A program made the position numbers and the translations under genes. 64,000 bases of DNA from an uncultured virus (IMG/VR IMGVR_UViG_3300042934_000869). Taxonomy: Duplodnaviria; Heunggongvirae; Uroviricota; Caudoviricetes. The notes beneath the pieces are model-generated. The model was not told where the DNA came from and did not search any database. It saw only the letters and a list, made by a program, of their open reading frames with translations. How positions within the stretch are numbered: the stretch's first letter is position 1; each line of letters starts with the position of its first letter. The stretch lies in the IMG/VR virus record IMGVR_UViG_3300042934_000869. One strand, 5' to 3'. Positions 1 to 9,563 of the stretch are shown here, one piece after another.

Positions 1-195
1 CTCTCTATTCCTATCAGCAGACTTAGTGATGTTGTCTCTATAGCAATTGTTTATTAAAGATTTATTTATTGAGGAATAGTCTTTATTTTTAAACAATAAG
101 CACATGCAGTCTTTGCTGACACTTGAGTTGTCCTTTACACATATTCTTTTTACATCATTTTCACCTAATATTAAATTCTGAAATTCACATATCAT
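1..195 (-). CDS. hypothetical protein, partial (runs off left edge)
   Basis: ATG at 195, GGAGG RBS at 206-210, no stop down to base 1 (MICEFQNLILGENDV...). Confidence 0.6.
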   Translation of the reverse strand, partial: MICEFQNLILGENDVKRICVKDNSSVSKDCMCLLFKNKDYSSINKSLINNCYRDNITKSADRNRE

Positions 196-253
196 TTTAT
201 TTCTACCTCCTAAGATTCATATCTGGTCTGTTTACTTTACTTAGTGTTTACTA

Positions 254-601
254 CTAGCAAACGGCACTGTCTGTACTTTTACTAAGGTTTAATAATAACT
301 CACAAGTATTAGTGAGTATAGAGTTTATAACTTTTTTATCGTCAGCCCAATATGGTGCTAAAATTAAACTGCCACAACAATATGCATATAATCTTTCTTC
401 TTTATATGTTTCCCATATATTTCTAATTTCTTTTTGGTATGTATTTATTTGACATAATTTTAACTGTTTACCACTCATTTTTTCCAGAACTTCTTTAGTG
501 TGACCTTTTATTATATCCTCAATAAATGTTCTAGGATCTTTACATTGTGTGTTTACTATGTTGTATATCTCATTTATAACTACGCCTATTTGTTCTTCCA
601 T
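254..601 (-). CDS. hypothetical protein
   Basis: 115-aa ORF with G-rich RBS; shares EEQIGxVIxExY with the ORF at 752-1261. Confidence 0.65.
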   Translation of the reverse strand: MEEQIGVVINEIYNIVNTQCKDPRTFIEDIIKGHTKEVLEKMSGKQLKLCQINTYQKEIRNIWETYKEERLYAYCCGSLILAPYWADDKKVINSILTNTCELLLNLSKSTDSAVC

Positions 602-669
602 TATTTAACCACCCCTCAATATTTTATACTATTATATATCAATTTAATAGTAGTTATAAGGGTTATAGA

Positions 670-715
670 GAATACTTAATAGGGCTTACAACTAGTGTAA
701 ACTCTATAAATATTC
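670..715 (-). promoter_or_regulatory. bulged intergenic hairpin (family member)
   Basis: GAATACTTAATAGGGCTTACA-actag-TGTAAACTCTATAAATATTC; G-U pairs form on minus-strand RNA. Confidence 0.55.
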
Positions 716-751
716 CGTGTTTAATTTACTAAGTATTATATAAATCTAAAT

Positions 752-1261
752 CTATTTAAATACTCCAATTTTATTTTCTTCTATATTATCTATTAGTAAC
801 TTTATATCAGTTAATCTTATATTACTATTTTCTTCTTGTAAACTCTTAAAAGCCTTGCTAACACTCTTTGCTACTACTATATAAGAATTTATTATTTCAG
901 AAGTATCATTACCATATTCAGTAGCTATATAGATATTTTCTGTGTTTTCAAATGCTATCTTTCTGCTGAGAGAGTATATAATATTTATTAGTGCTGGTAC
1001 TGGAATATATTCATATCTGAATCTTAATTTATCTTTTAAAATTGGCAATATTTCATATTCTATTTTATTTAATATATCTATACAATCTCTTTTATCAGAC
1101 TCAGGATTTCTTAAATCTCTACCCAATTGATAAAGTAGTTCTTCATCATAGTTTTCATAAATCACTATACCTATTTGTTCTTCATTATTTCTACAGTAAT
1201 CTAAAACACTCTTAGACTCTATGTCTAATTTTTTAAACTCTTCTATTTCTTCCTTATTCAT
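752..1261 (-). CDS. hypothetical protein
   Basis: 169-aa ORF, RBS upstream. Confidence 0.7.
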   Translation of the reverse strand: MNKEEIEEFKKLDIESKSVLDYCRNNEEQIGIVIYENYDEELLYQLGRDLRNPESDKRDCIDILNKIEYEILPILKDKLRFRYEYIPVPALINIIYSLSRKIAFENTENIYIATEYGNDTSEIINSYIVVAKSVSKAFKSLQEENSNIRLTDIKLLIDNIEENKIGVFK

Positions 1262-1265
1262 AAGA

Positions 1266-1547
1266 CTACTCCTTGCAATTAATTTCTATATCTTTTATAT
1301 CTTCGTATCTTTTTAATTTACTAAGTAAATCTAATATGTAGTCCTTACCATAAAGTTCTACTAATACTAGAATCATAGTGTCAGCTTCTATAGCTCTTAC
1401 ATCTCCATCTTGAAAGTCTATAGAAATCATTTTGGGTTTCCAACTATTTGGTGTGCTTTCAGTTATAGCAAATGGTCTATCTCCCAGTAAATTGCTTATA
1501 ACATACTGGTCTTCTGATATTTTATTTACAATATCTTTAAATTTCAT
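1266..1547 (-). CDS. hypothetical protein
   Basis: 93-aa ORF, operon-like spacing. Confidence 0.65.
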   Translation of the reverse strand: MKFKDIVNKISEDQYVISNLLGDRPFAITESTPNSWKPKMISIDFQDGDVRAIEADTMILVLVELYGKDYILDLLSKLKRYEDIKDIEINCKE

Positions 1548-1548
1548 A

Positions 1549-2058
1549 TTACACCTCTATTTCGAACTTGGATAAATATTCTTTTGTTCCTACTAATATT
1601 TGCTTCTTTATTGGGGTAATGTTAAATGGTGATATTGCTGTTGCTATCTTAGCATACTCATCTGTGCCATTTATTTTTATACTATAAAGTCTTGCGTATT
1701 TATTCATGAATTTAAATAATTCAGTTTGGTTAAATGTGCCTACTAATTTGTATGTTATCTGCTCTCCTTTAGTATATTTATAGGCTAGTAATAATAATCT
1801 TTCTATATCTATTTCGTATAAATCTAGACTTTTATTTTCTGTATTAAATATATAATTTGCTACATATATGTCTGCTCTTATAAGAGAAGTTGAATTTTCA
1901 TACAATACTTCATTCTCTACTTCGTAAATTACATTGTCTAGTTTGAATATATAACTTGATAAATCATTTATTATTTCTAGTTTCTTTATCTTCAGTGGCA
2001 TATATGAATTCAATATTTTTCTTTTGTATGATTCAAAGTTTTCAATAAGCTTCTCCAT
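1549..2058 (-). CDS. hypothetical protein
   Basis: 169-aa ORF. Confidence 0.65.
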   Translation of the reverse strand: MEKLIENFESYKRKILNSYMPLKIKKLEIINDLSSYIFKLDNVIYEVENEVLYENSTSLIRADIYVANYIFNTENKSLDLYEIDIERLLLLAYKYTKGEQITYKLVGTFNQTELFKFMNKYARLYSIKINGTDEYAKIATAISPFNITPIKKQILVGTKEYLSKFEIEV

Positions 2059-2064
2059 ATTTAT

Positions 2065-2337
2065 TTACACTCTTTTATCTATGCTGGCTTTTGTTAAGTC
2101 TGACATTAAACTTGGTATTATCTTTCCTTGACTTATACTCATCACTATATCTATGGAGTTATTTGATGGTGTATTATTAAATTTTAATACTACTACATTA
2201 TACTTTGCTAGTAAAGATTCTACTATATTTCTTGAAAGACCTACTGCGTATATAGTTATCTTATTATCTGTTAATACTAACTGTACTCCTGTAGATTTAC
2301 TTGAAGTGTTATTAAATGCATTACTTTCATTTATCAT
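2065..2337 (-). CDS. hypothetical protein (N-terminal INESNAF tag; possibly small ACT-like fold)
   Basis: 90-aa ORF, GGAGG RBS. Confidence 0.65.
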   Translation of the reverse strand: MINESNAFNNTSSKSTGVQLVLTDNKITIYAVGLSRNIVESLLAKYNVVVLKFNNTPSNNSIDIVMSISQGKIIPSLMSDLTKASIDKRV

Positions 2338-2349
2338 TTCTATTTCCTC

Positions 2350-2943
2350 CTAGTATATTACTAATTCTTTGTACTTGAGTGTTTTTCTTCCTAATCCTTT
2401 CGGGAAATCACAACTCATAAATTGTCTTGCTAAAGTCTTTCCTGACTTAGCTATTTCATCTATGAACACATGCTCATACATTTTATGTCTACTATCATAT
2501 CCAGAGACTATCGAACAATTTATTCCAATGAAGCTCTTTCTAAAATCATATAGTGCTTGATTAGATATTTTTACTACAGATTTATCTGTAGTTAAGAAAT
2601 AATTTAGACTTAGCCAATCTTCTCCCATGCAGTAATATATTATATCTTTACATACTCCTAGGTGTTGTATATTTGGTACACTAATTCTATCTGGTTCATC
2701 TTTATTTATAAAATAAGCTTTATAGTCTATAGTTGTGCCTTCGTTAAGTATTCTTATTTCCTTTAAAGAGTTTCTATCAATTATTTCCTTCAAAGTCATT
2801 TCTTTAAATCCAGACTTATCATTTGTGTCTATGCATTTGTTCAAGTATCCAAACACCTCACTAACATTTGGATATTCGAATGTTAAATACGTTTCTTCTT
2901 CTGATTCACACTCTGCTAATATAATTAAGTTATTCATAAACAT
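2350..2943 (-). CDS. hypothetical protein
   Basis: 197-aa ORF, GGAGG RBS. Confidence 0.7.
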   Translation of the reverse strand: MFMNNLIILAECESEEETYLTFEYPNVSEVFGYLNKCIDTNDKSGFKEMTLKEIIDRNSLKEIRILNEGTTIDYKAYFINKDEPDRISVPNIQHLGVCKDIIYYCMGEDWLSLNYFLTTDKSVVKISNQALYDFRKSFIGINCSIVSGYDSRHKMYEHVFIDEIAKSGKTLARQFMSCDFPKGLGRKTLKYKELVIY

Positions 2944-2992
2944 AACCTCCCATTTTATTATTTTTATAAATATACTTGATAGAGTGTATTAT

Positions 2993-3565
2993 TTAAATAC
3001 ACTCTGCAAATTTATTTACTACAGCTATATCCTCTAAAGCTAAAAACATTGTTCCTACTGGTTTATCGTTCTTCATTTCTGCTTTTAAATAAGGTTTACA
3101 GTATTTCCCATCTACATCGCATGGTATGTAATCACTACATATCATATAACACAAGAACGCTATATCATCTTTACCAAATTCTCCTACTACACACGAATCT
3201 GTATTGTTATACACTAATCTATCTTTTAATGCTGATAGTAGGTTATCTATATTCATTTCTCTAATTTTCTTTATATCTAGATTCTCAAAACATTTATGCA
3301 TTGTGAGGGTGCCTTTTATTACTATATCTATTTCTCCATCTCCTAATGGGTTCTTTATTCGTTTAGATGTTATATTAGTAACTTTAGCTATACCTTCATT
3401 TAGTTTGTTTACTATATCACTTCTAGCAAAGTCTAAGTCAGTTATACCATACATATTGTTCTGTAATTCATGTGAAATTTTTGCTTTATCTACTCTACTT
3501 TCTATAGACTTGAATAGTTCTTCATTTGTCTGTTTTGGGGTATTAAATGATTTAGACTCTAACAT
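2993..3565 (-). CDS. hypothetical protein, paralog of 3559-4584
   Basis: Shared EELFKxI and I[KE]NP[LF]xxG[ET]IDIVxxGxLxxH; N-terminal LESKSF. Confidence 0.75.
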   Translation of the reverse strand: MLESKSFNTPKQTNEELFKSIESRVDKAKISHELQNNMYGITDLDFARSDIVNKLNEGIAKVTNITSKRIKNPLGDGEIDIVIKGTLTMHKCFENLDIKKIREMNIDNLLSALKDRLVYNNTDSCVVGEFGKDDIAFLCYMICSDYIPCDVDGKYCKPYLKAEMKNDKPVGTMFLALEDIAVVNKFAECI

Positions 3566-4584
3566 TTAGTTACTCCTCCAATATCTTTTCTTCTATGTTC
3601 AGTTCCTTCCAATTCTAAATGACCTTTCATTATTGAGAATGAAATTGATACTTTTGGCTTATCCTTTACGAATATAACTTTAGTCTCTGCTACTCCATAA
3701 GTCTTACTCCCTTTGACTAAAACTCTTCCTCCTATGTTACACATATATACAGCTAATTCTCTAGAAGATAAATTCTTCAAAGGTGTGAACTGTTTTATGT
3801 TGCAAGTAAATGCTTCTCTACACAATTCTATCTTTTCATAAACATTCATCTCACTTCCTAATATCTTGTCTATTGGTAGTAGATTATGTATGTAAAGGTT
3901 TGCTGACGTAAACTTTCTTCCTGTAGTAGTATAATGTATCTCGTCCAGATACATGTAACCATTTTCTATAATCTGGTTATGAAGACATTTTAATAATTCT
4001 AATTCTAATGAATCTTCTGATTTTTCTAGTCTTATATGATCATCTTTGAGAACTTTAATCTTTGACACTAATAAATCATAATCTGTTACATTTACTGTTT
4101 TAGTTCTATTTTCATTCTCTAAAGTTACTATTGATTTATATACTGGTTGTCCATTATTTCCAGAAACTACTCCATCTCTAAATACACATTTTGTGTTTTC
4201 TAGATCGCAAGAAATCTCTTTTGGACATAATAGATTTACCATGAATGTTAGCTCATCTTTGTCACAAGTTCCTAAAAGGTATGTAGACTTGTTACCACTA
4301 ACATCTTTTTCTCTTAGAACCTGTTTCAGTAACTCTATAGGAGTTTCTGATATTTTATATAAACTTTTACCTTTAAAGAAATTGTGAATATACAAATCTC
4401 CTCTGGATACTATGTCTATAGTTCCTTTATCAAATGGATTTTCTATTTTTGAAGCTTGTATATTGGCTATTTTACAGCACCCTTTATTTATTTCTTTAAA
4501 TAATTCTTCTCTAGTAAAATCTTTGTATTTATCTTCTTTAATTTCTGCATTTCCAAATGCAGATGATTCTTTTATATCTGACAT
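3559..4584 (-). CDS. hypothetical protein with probable internal domain duplication
   Basis: 341 aa; LYIHN occurs twice; N-terminal IKESSAF. Confidence 0.75.
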   Translation of the reverse strand: MSDIKESSAFGNAEIKEDKYKDFTREELFKEINKGCCKIANIQASKIENPFDKGTIDIVSRGDLYIHNFFKGKSLYKISETPIELLKQVLREKDVSGNKSTYLLGTCDKDELTFMVNLLCPKEISCDLENTKCVFRDGVVSGNNGQPVYKSIVTLENENRTKTVNVTDYDLLVSKIKVLKDDHIRLEKSEDSLELELLKCLHNQIIENGYMYLDEIHYTTTGRKFTSANLYIHNLLPIDKILGSEMNVYEKIELCREAFTCNIKQFTPLKNLSSRELAVYMCNIGGRVLVKGSKTYGVAETKVIFVKDKPKVSISFSIMKGHLELEGTEHRRKDIGGVTKC

Positions 4585-4596
4585 ATTATTATCTCC

Positions 4597-5085
4597 TTAA
4601 TATATTTTATCCCATTTATTTTTTATAAACTCTAGACTAAAATATTTATTATACAAATAATAAATGTCTAGGTAAAACTCCTCTTTTAATGTTTCTTCTA
4701 GTAGATTTTCATCTATCTTATTATTCTTTCCATATTCATCCAAGACTGATTGAGTATTCATTGGTAGAATAGTGTCTACAAAGTTATCATTATAATCAGA
4801 TACTTCGTCCTCGTCTAGTTCTTCACTTGGTGCTTTGTAATTATGGAATATACTAGATATAACTTTATCTAGGTGCATGCCTCCTTCTGCATATCGGTTA
4901 GCTAGCTCGTCTGAGTTTAATTCTTTGTATAAATATATCTTCTTATCTATAGAGACTTTTGTACACAAATCATCTCTATTTAGATTAAATAAAATTTCTT
5001 TACTCTCCTTTATAGTTTCTACTATTATTGGTTCTCCATTGTCTATAACCTCATTTAAGTGATAATTTGAATCTTTGTTTTCCAT
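4597..5085 (-). CDS. hypothetical acidic protein
   Basis: 162-aa ORF. Confidence 0.65.
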   Translation of the reverse strand: MENKDSNYHLNEVIDNGEPIIVETIKESKEILFNLNRDDLCTKVSIDKKIYLYKELNSDELANRYAEGGMHLDKVISSIFHNYKAPSEELDEDEVSDYNDNFVDTILPMNTQSVLDEYGKNNKIDENLLEETLKEEFYLDIYYLYNKYFSLEFIKNKWDKIY

Positions 5086-5104
5086 AGTTAATCGAACCCC
5101 TTTC

Positions 5105-5377
5105 TTACGGTTTTATATCGAAGAAACATTTCAGTGTGCTATAATGAAATAGATTATTATATCCATGTTCCCACAATTCTGGAGATTGTATAAGTTCTAT
5201 TAATTCCTCTTTTATCATCTCTGCATGAATTCTATTACTTCCTAGGCATTTCCTTATATATCTAGGTTTCTCATTACTCTGTCTGGATTTATAGATTGGA
5301 TGATAGAATGATACTTTATATTTACCATTTACTTCTTGTATCCTGCAAACTTCTAACTGTAAATTACTGTATATCAT
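5105..5377 (-). CDS. hypothetical protein, possible arm-type DNA-binding domain
   Basis: YKVSFYHP...RYIRKCLGS...AE pattern loosely recalls integrase arm-binding domains; weak. Confidence 0.5.
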   Translation of the reverse strand: MIYSNLQLEVCRIQEVNGKYKVSFYHPIYKSRQSNEKPRYIRKCLGSNRIHAEMIKEELIELIQSPELWEHGYNNLFHYSTLKCFFDIKP

Positions 5378-5392
5378 ATTAGTCCTCTTTCG

Positions 5393-5682
5393 TTATTTAG
5401 ATGTAATCATGAACTCTCTTATCATTAGTTTTTCGTCGTATATTATTCCATTCTCATAGAATTGATCTATACTCTTTATATTGTTGTAATATATATATAA
5501 TCCTTTAATGTTGTGAATCTAGAATCTAGATTGTAAAATCCTTCTAGTGGACTTGCTACAATAAATACCGATTCTTCATATTTTATTGCAAATAGTCTTT
5601 CTTCAACCATAGCCACTATTCTTCCTAACAGTTCTCCCTTGTCTAAATTCTTTTTAAATTCTTCTAGTTGTTTACTTTCCAT
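5393..5682 (-). pseudogene. hypothetical gene apparently frameshifted at an (AT)5A tract
   Basis: ORF 5476-5682 stops just after the tract at 5489-5499; removing one AT extends it to TAA at 5393-5395, next to the following RBS. Confidence 0.45.
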
Positions 5683-5702
5683 GATATCCTCCTTAGTTTT
5701 AA

Positions 5703-6143
5703 TTATGCAAAGCTTCTAGACTTATTTAAATATAATGTTGCTGAGATTTCATCATCTATTATATTGTAAGTCTCTAACTTATATCTTATATGAACTTCTT
5801 CAAACGTCTCTTTATCTTTTGATAACCATGTATAATCATCATATGTCATAGCTCTTGTTTTCTTTAGTACTGACCATAAATCATAATACCGAAGACCTAT
5901 AGATTTTAGGAAATATGAGATATTATCTCTCTCCTTAGGAAGTACTCTTGACTGGAAAAATCTTTCTACATCTTCTGATGTGAGCTCATAATCTTCTTTC
6001 ACTCCATATCTATATAAACCAATTGGGAAGAGTTTTAGTGGTATATCCTTATTTCTTATGAAGCTAAATTTTTTAGATTCTGTTTCATATTGAACTACCC
6101 CTAGTACACTATTCTTGTCTTTTAGCAGGAATCTTTCTAGCAT
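5703..6143 (-). CDS. HipA/CtkA N-terminal-like domain protein (kinase partner)
   Basis: FFQSRVLPKERDN...LKSIGL...TYDDYTW parallels the N-terminal region of the fused kinase at 24691-25791; overlaps the kinase gene. Confidence 0.6.
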   Translation of the reverse strand: MLERFLLKDKNSVLGVVQYETESKKFSFIRNKDIPLKLFPIGLYRYGVKEDYELTSEDVERFFQSRVLPKERDNISYFLKSIGLRYYDLWSVLKKTRAMTYDDYTWLSKDKETFEEVHIRYKLETYNIIDDEISATLYLNKSRSFA

Positions 6144-6948
6144 TTGTGATCCTCCTTATTAATAAATTTTTTATACTTTTAATTCTTTTCTCACTTAATA
6201 TATTTTTGTATCCACTTAATATAGTGTCTATACCATGTTCTGAAATATTAAGATCTACTGTTGTATATTTGGCTTTCTTTATCTGTGTTGTATGTCTACT
6301 TGTAAATGGTTGGCATCTGTTGTATTTGAATAAGCTTTCTTCTGTAATATATTTGAACTCATAATCACCTATTTCACTATATAAAGAAAGTCCATGGTCA
6401 AATAAACTACAGAATCTCTTTATTTCTTTACTGTCGGAGTCTACAATAAATCCAAAATTATTTAGGTGTCTATCTGAATTATTTATTATATAGTCGAATA
6501 CAATCATATTGTTTATGTCAGTTTGATAGTCTGGAAACTTATCTATTATATGTTTATATAAATCTAGACTATCATAATTTACATCTAAGAATTTATACAT
6601 AGACACAAAAGACTCTCCTACATTAAGAAAATTCTTAGATGCACATACTAGGGTTTCTTCACTAAATCCTTCTCCATCTATATTGCATCTTGCCTTTACT
6701 AAACTGTACTCTATACAATTAACTCCTAATAATTTACCAATTTTACTGGCCATACTTTCTGATATAGACTGTAATGGGTTTACTATTCCTGCTCCATTTA
6801 CTGAACCTGTTTTTATAAAATACACTGTTCCTTCTATATTAATTACACCTTTCATAAGTATGCCATTGGATGTTGTTCCAGTAGTTAGTGGGACATCCAC
6901 AAAACTATTTTGTCCATTGTAAAATAATCTAATTGATGGATTATTCAT
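6109..6948 (-). CDS. HipA/CtkA-like kinase (catalytic domain only)
   Basis: YFIK, SESMAS, NSDRHLNNFGF and LFDHGLSL motifs of the HipA/PI3K-like kinase family. Confidence 0.85.
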   Translation of the reverse strand: MNNPSIRLFYNGQNSFVDVPLTTGTTSNGILMKGVINIEGTVYFIKTGSVNGAGIVNPLQSISESMASKIGKLLGVNCIEYSLVKARCNIDGEGFSEETLVCASKNFLNVGESFVSMYKFLDVNYDSLDLYKHIIDKFPDYQTDINNMIVFDYIINNSDRHLNNFGFIVDSDSKEIKRFCSLFDHGLSLYSEIGDYEFKYITEESLFKYNRCQPFTSRHTTQIKKAKYTTVDLNISEHGIDTILSGYKNILSEKRIKSIKNLLIRRITNARKIPAKRQE

Positions 6949-7012
6949 ATGTTCCTCCTGTAATATAAATGCTTAATGAAACTTGTAATCTATACAAGCT
7001 TCTTAAACATTT

Positions 7013-7207
7013 CTACTCTATAATTATTGTATCAGACCCACAAGTTTTGCACTTCCATCTTGAATCTTCAACTTTAATGTGTATTTCAAACCCTTCACAC
7101 ACATTACAAGGCATTGCTTCTTCAAACCCAATATCTTGTTTATTTAAGGTTTTACTGTAATCTTCTTTTGTTAATACATATTCTATATTACTAGATTCTT
7201 TATCCAT
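7013..7207 (-). CDS. small zinc-ribbon protein
   Basis: CNVC...WKCKTC. Confidence 0.55.
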   Translation of the reverse strand: MDKESSNIEYVLTKEDYSKTLNKQDIGFEEAMPCNVCEGFEIHIKVEDSRWKCKTCGSDTIIIE

Positions 7208-7240
7208 TATTTTATCTTCTTTCTTTTAATTTAGTTATTT

Positions 7241-7291
7241 TAAAACACTTATTGAAGTTTATAAGCATATATAAACTTATTAAATATTTTA
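7241..7291 (-). promoter_or_regulatory. bulged intergenic hairpin (family member)
   Basis: TAAAACACTTATTGAAGTTTATA-agcata-TATAAACTTATTAAATATTTTA. Confidence 0.45.
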
Positions 7292-7330
7292 TTATAAACT
7301 GGGCAGAGTATCCGCCCAGAATATTTAATT

Positions 7331-7642
7331 TTATAACACTAATAAATTTATTATTTCCATTACTGTAAAAACTTTTACTAAAGATACTAGAAAGTTCTTG
7401 TCTACAGCTATGGATTCTATCTCTTTATTACCTAAATAAATTCTAGAATAAATTCTCATATTATATCCTAATAATTCTCTTATAACTAATAAAGATTTTG
7501 AAATTCCAACTACTAACATATTTCCTTTTGTTGATGTAATAGGTAACTGAACTAATGATATGTATGTTATAGATGATACTGTTATGAATGCTAGGTAACT
7601 TATTCCTAAAAATCCTAACATTTGTAAAATAGTAACTGACAT
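7331..7642 (-). CDS. small membrane protein
   Basis: hydrophobic segments, AGGAGG RBS. Confidence 0.6.
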   Translation of the reverse strand: MSVTILQMLGFLGISYLAFITVSSITYISLVQLPITSTKGNMLVVGISKSLLVIRELLGYNMRIYSRIYLGNKEIESIAVDKNFLVSLVKVFTVMEIINLLVL

Positions 7643-7684
7643 ATTATCACCTCCTTTCTAAGAAGGATTTAACAATTGTATTTA

Positions 7685-7873
7685 TTATTTTAATGTATTA
7701 GAATTTAATTCTTCCCATTCATCTCTATTTCCACATGGACAATAATCAAATCCTCTTTCTTCTTTATTCCTTATTCCTTCTATGGTATCTATACAATGTC
7801 TTAAATTATCGCAGTCTAACTCTGGACATTTTGATATGCATATTAGTTTTACTTCTTTATTATTTTCACACAT
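7685..7873 (-). CDS. small Cys-rich protein (probable start MCENN)
   Basis: GGAG RBS before internal ATG; several Cys including CPCG. Confidence 0.5.
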   Translation of the reverse strand: MCENNKEVKLICISKCPELDCDNLRHCIDTIEGIRNKEERGFDYCPCGNRDEWEELNSNTLK

Positions 7874-8141
7874 TATCTTCACTCCAATTAAATAAATATT
7901 TACTCTCCAAATTCTATATGTATCTCTACAAGTCCGCAACATAGATTGCATGGTTTACTATCTACATTACACAAACCATTAATGTAGCTTGTACATACAC
8001 TTTTATACATATCTTTATCTTCTGATAGCGTATAAAAATGCTCTTCTTTGGTTGCTTCATTTATCAATTGGATTACCTCCTACTCCTATTTAATTATTTT
8101 AGATTAAAATTACCATTGAGTTAATTTTACATTTACTACTT

Positions 8142-8666
8142 TTAGAAAGATTTAAAACTTTCATTAACTATACTCATGAATATATCTTCATTAATAGATA
8201 GACCATTACTTACTGTATATCTAGTAACTTCTATTATATATTTATTAATTAATCTATAGTCTAAGGAATTAATATCAGATATTCCAGTAGAAATTAAATA
8301 CAGAATTATAGAATTTTGTAACGGTCTGAAGTAAATATCATTTATTTTTATATGTGCTGACACGTAACTAATGAAAGATTTATCTCTATAAGTTTCCATG
8401 GCTGTCATATTATTCTCTTTCATATTATCTCTAACTTTCTCAGATATATCTAGATATATAGGATATAATAGATTTAGAGTGTTTATAGATTTAATATTTT
8501 CTTCTAGTATACCATATGGATATTTATCTTTACTACTTACAAAGAAGTTAAAATTATCTAGTATTCTTAAATATCTATCGCCGTTTGTTATTGTTGGAGA
8601 CTTTCCTATATAATCTATTTTTAAATTACTTTTTAAAAGATTTCCGAAACTATTTGATATTCTCAT
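8142..8666 (-). CDS. hypothetical protein
   Basis: 174 aa, GAGG RBS, N-terminal MRISNSF. Confidence 0.7.
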   Translation of the reverse strand: MRISNSFGNLLKSNLKIDYIGKSPTITNGDRYLRILDNFNFFVSSKDKYPYGILEENIKSINTLNLLYPIYLDISEKVRDNMKENNMTAMETYRDKSFISYVSAHIKINDIYFRPLQNSIILYLISTGISDINSLDYRLINKYIIEVTRYTVSNGLSINEDIFMSIVNESFKSF

Positions 8667-8694
8667 ATATACCTCCTACTCTTATTTAATTATT

Positions 8695-9129
8695 TTAGAT
8701 TGATAATCTATCATACCAAATACCATCTTTCCATAATACTTCTTTATCTGATATTCCCTCTTTTACTGCTTTGAATATGGGTGATATGAATTCCATTACT
8801 TGTCTATATGTTCTATAGAATTCTCTCCTATCTACTCCTCTACTTCTGAGGTTTAGATATATTTCTTCTATCACATCTTTATCTTCTATGAAGATATATT
8901 CTAGAGTTGTATCAGACCATGCTGTTTTTATTCTCTCCACGATATCAGTCATCTCTAGATTGTCTGCCATGGAGAGTCCCATAATATCTTGTATTTCTGT
9001 TGGTTCGTTTAATACTTCATTAGTAGTTAGTATTCTTAACCTGTAACATAATTCTTTTATAATTTCTGTATATCCTTCGTACTTAGTGTTTTCTTTAGAT
9101 TTACTAAATGAATTTGATTCTTTCATCAT
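8695..9129 (-). CDS. hypothetical protein
   Basis: AGGAGG RBS before MMKESNSF. Confidence 0.7.
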   Translation of the reverse strand: MMKESNSFSKSKENTKYEGYTEIIKELCYRLRILTTNEVLNEPTEIQDIMGLSMADNLEMTDIVERIKTAWSDTTLEYIFIEDKDVIEEIYLNLRSRGVDRREFYRTYRQVMEFISPIFKAVKEGISDKEVLWKDGIWYDRLSI

Positions 9130-9161
9130 AATAAGCACCTCCTTCTAAATATTATTTTGCT

Positions 9162-9210
9162 ATAATACTTAATAAAGGTAATACGAATCTATTACCTTTG
9201 TAAATATTAT
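9162..9210 (-). promoter_or_regulatory. bulged intergenic hairpin (family member)
   Basis: ATAATACTTAATAAAGGTAATA-cgaatc-TATTACCTTTGTAAATATTAT. Confidence 0.55.
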
Positions 9211-9220
9211 TCTTGTATGT

Positions 9221-9526
9221 TTATAGAATCATCTTATTAGTATCTTCTTTATTCACTGTAAAATCTTTATCTCTCTTGGATATATCATCTTTGATTAAAT
9301 CATTTCTTATATCATAGTTTAATCTTAGCTCAAATCTTTTAAATGCAACAATTATATTTACAAATGGATCAGTAGATAAGGCAGGCACACACTCTACTGA
9401 ATATACGTTAAATTCTAAGTTCTTTTCTAATTCGTCATTTATCAAATCTTCTAAGTTGTTGCAATCTCTTTTAACTTTGTAAACTTTAACATAACTATTC
9501 AGTTTGTTTAAATTATCTTTATTCAT
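9221..9526 (-). CDS. hypothetical protein
   Basis: 101-aa ORF with RBS. Confidence 0.6.
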   Translation of the reverse strand: MNKDNLNKLNSYVKVYKVKRDCNNLEDLINDELEKNLEFNVYSVECVPALSTDPFVNIIVAFKRFELRLNYDIRNDLIKDDISKRDKDFTVNKEDTNKMIL

Positions 9527-9563
9527 TCCTTACCCTCTTTTCAATATTTATTTTAAAATTCTA

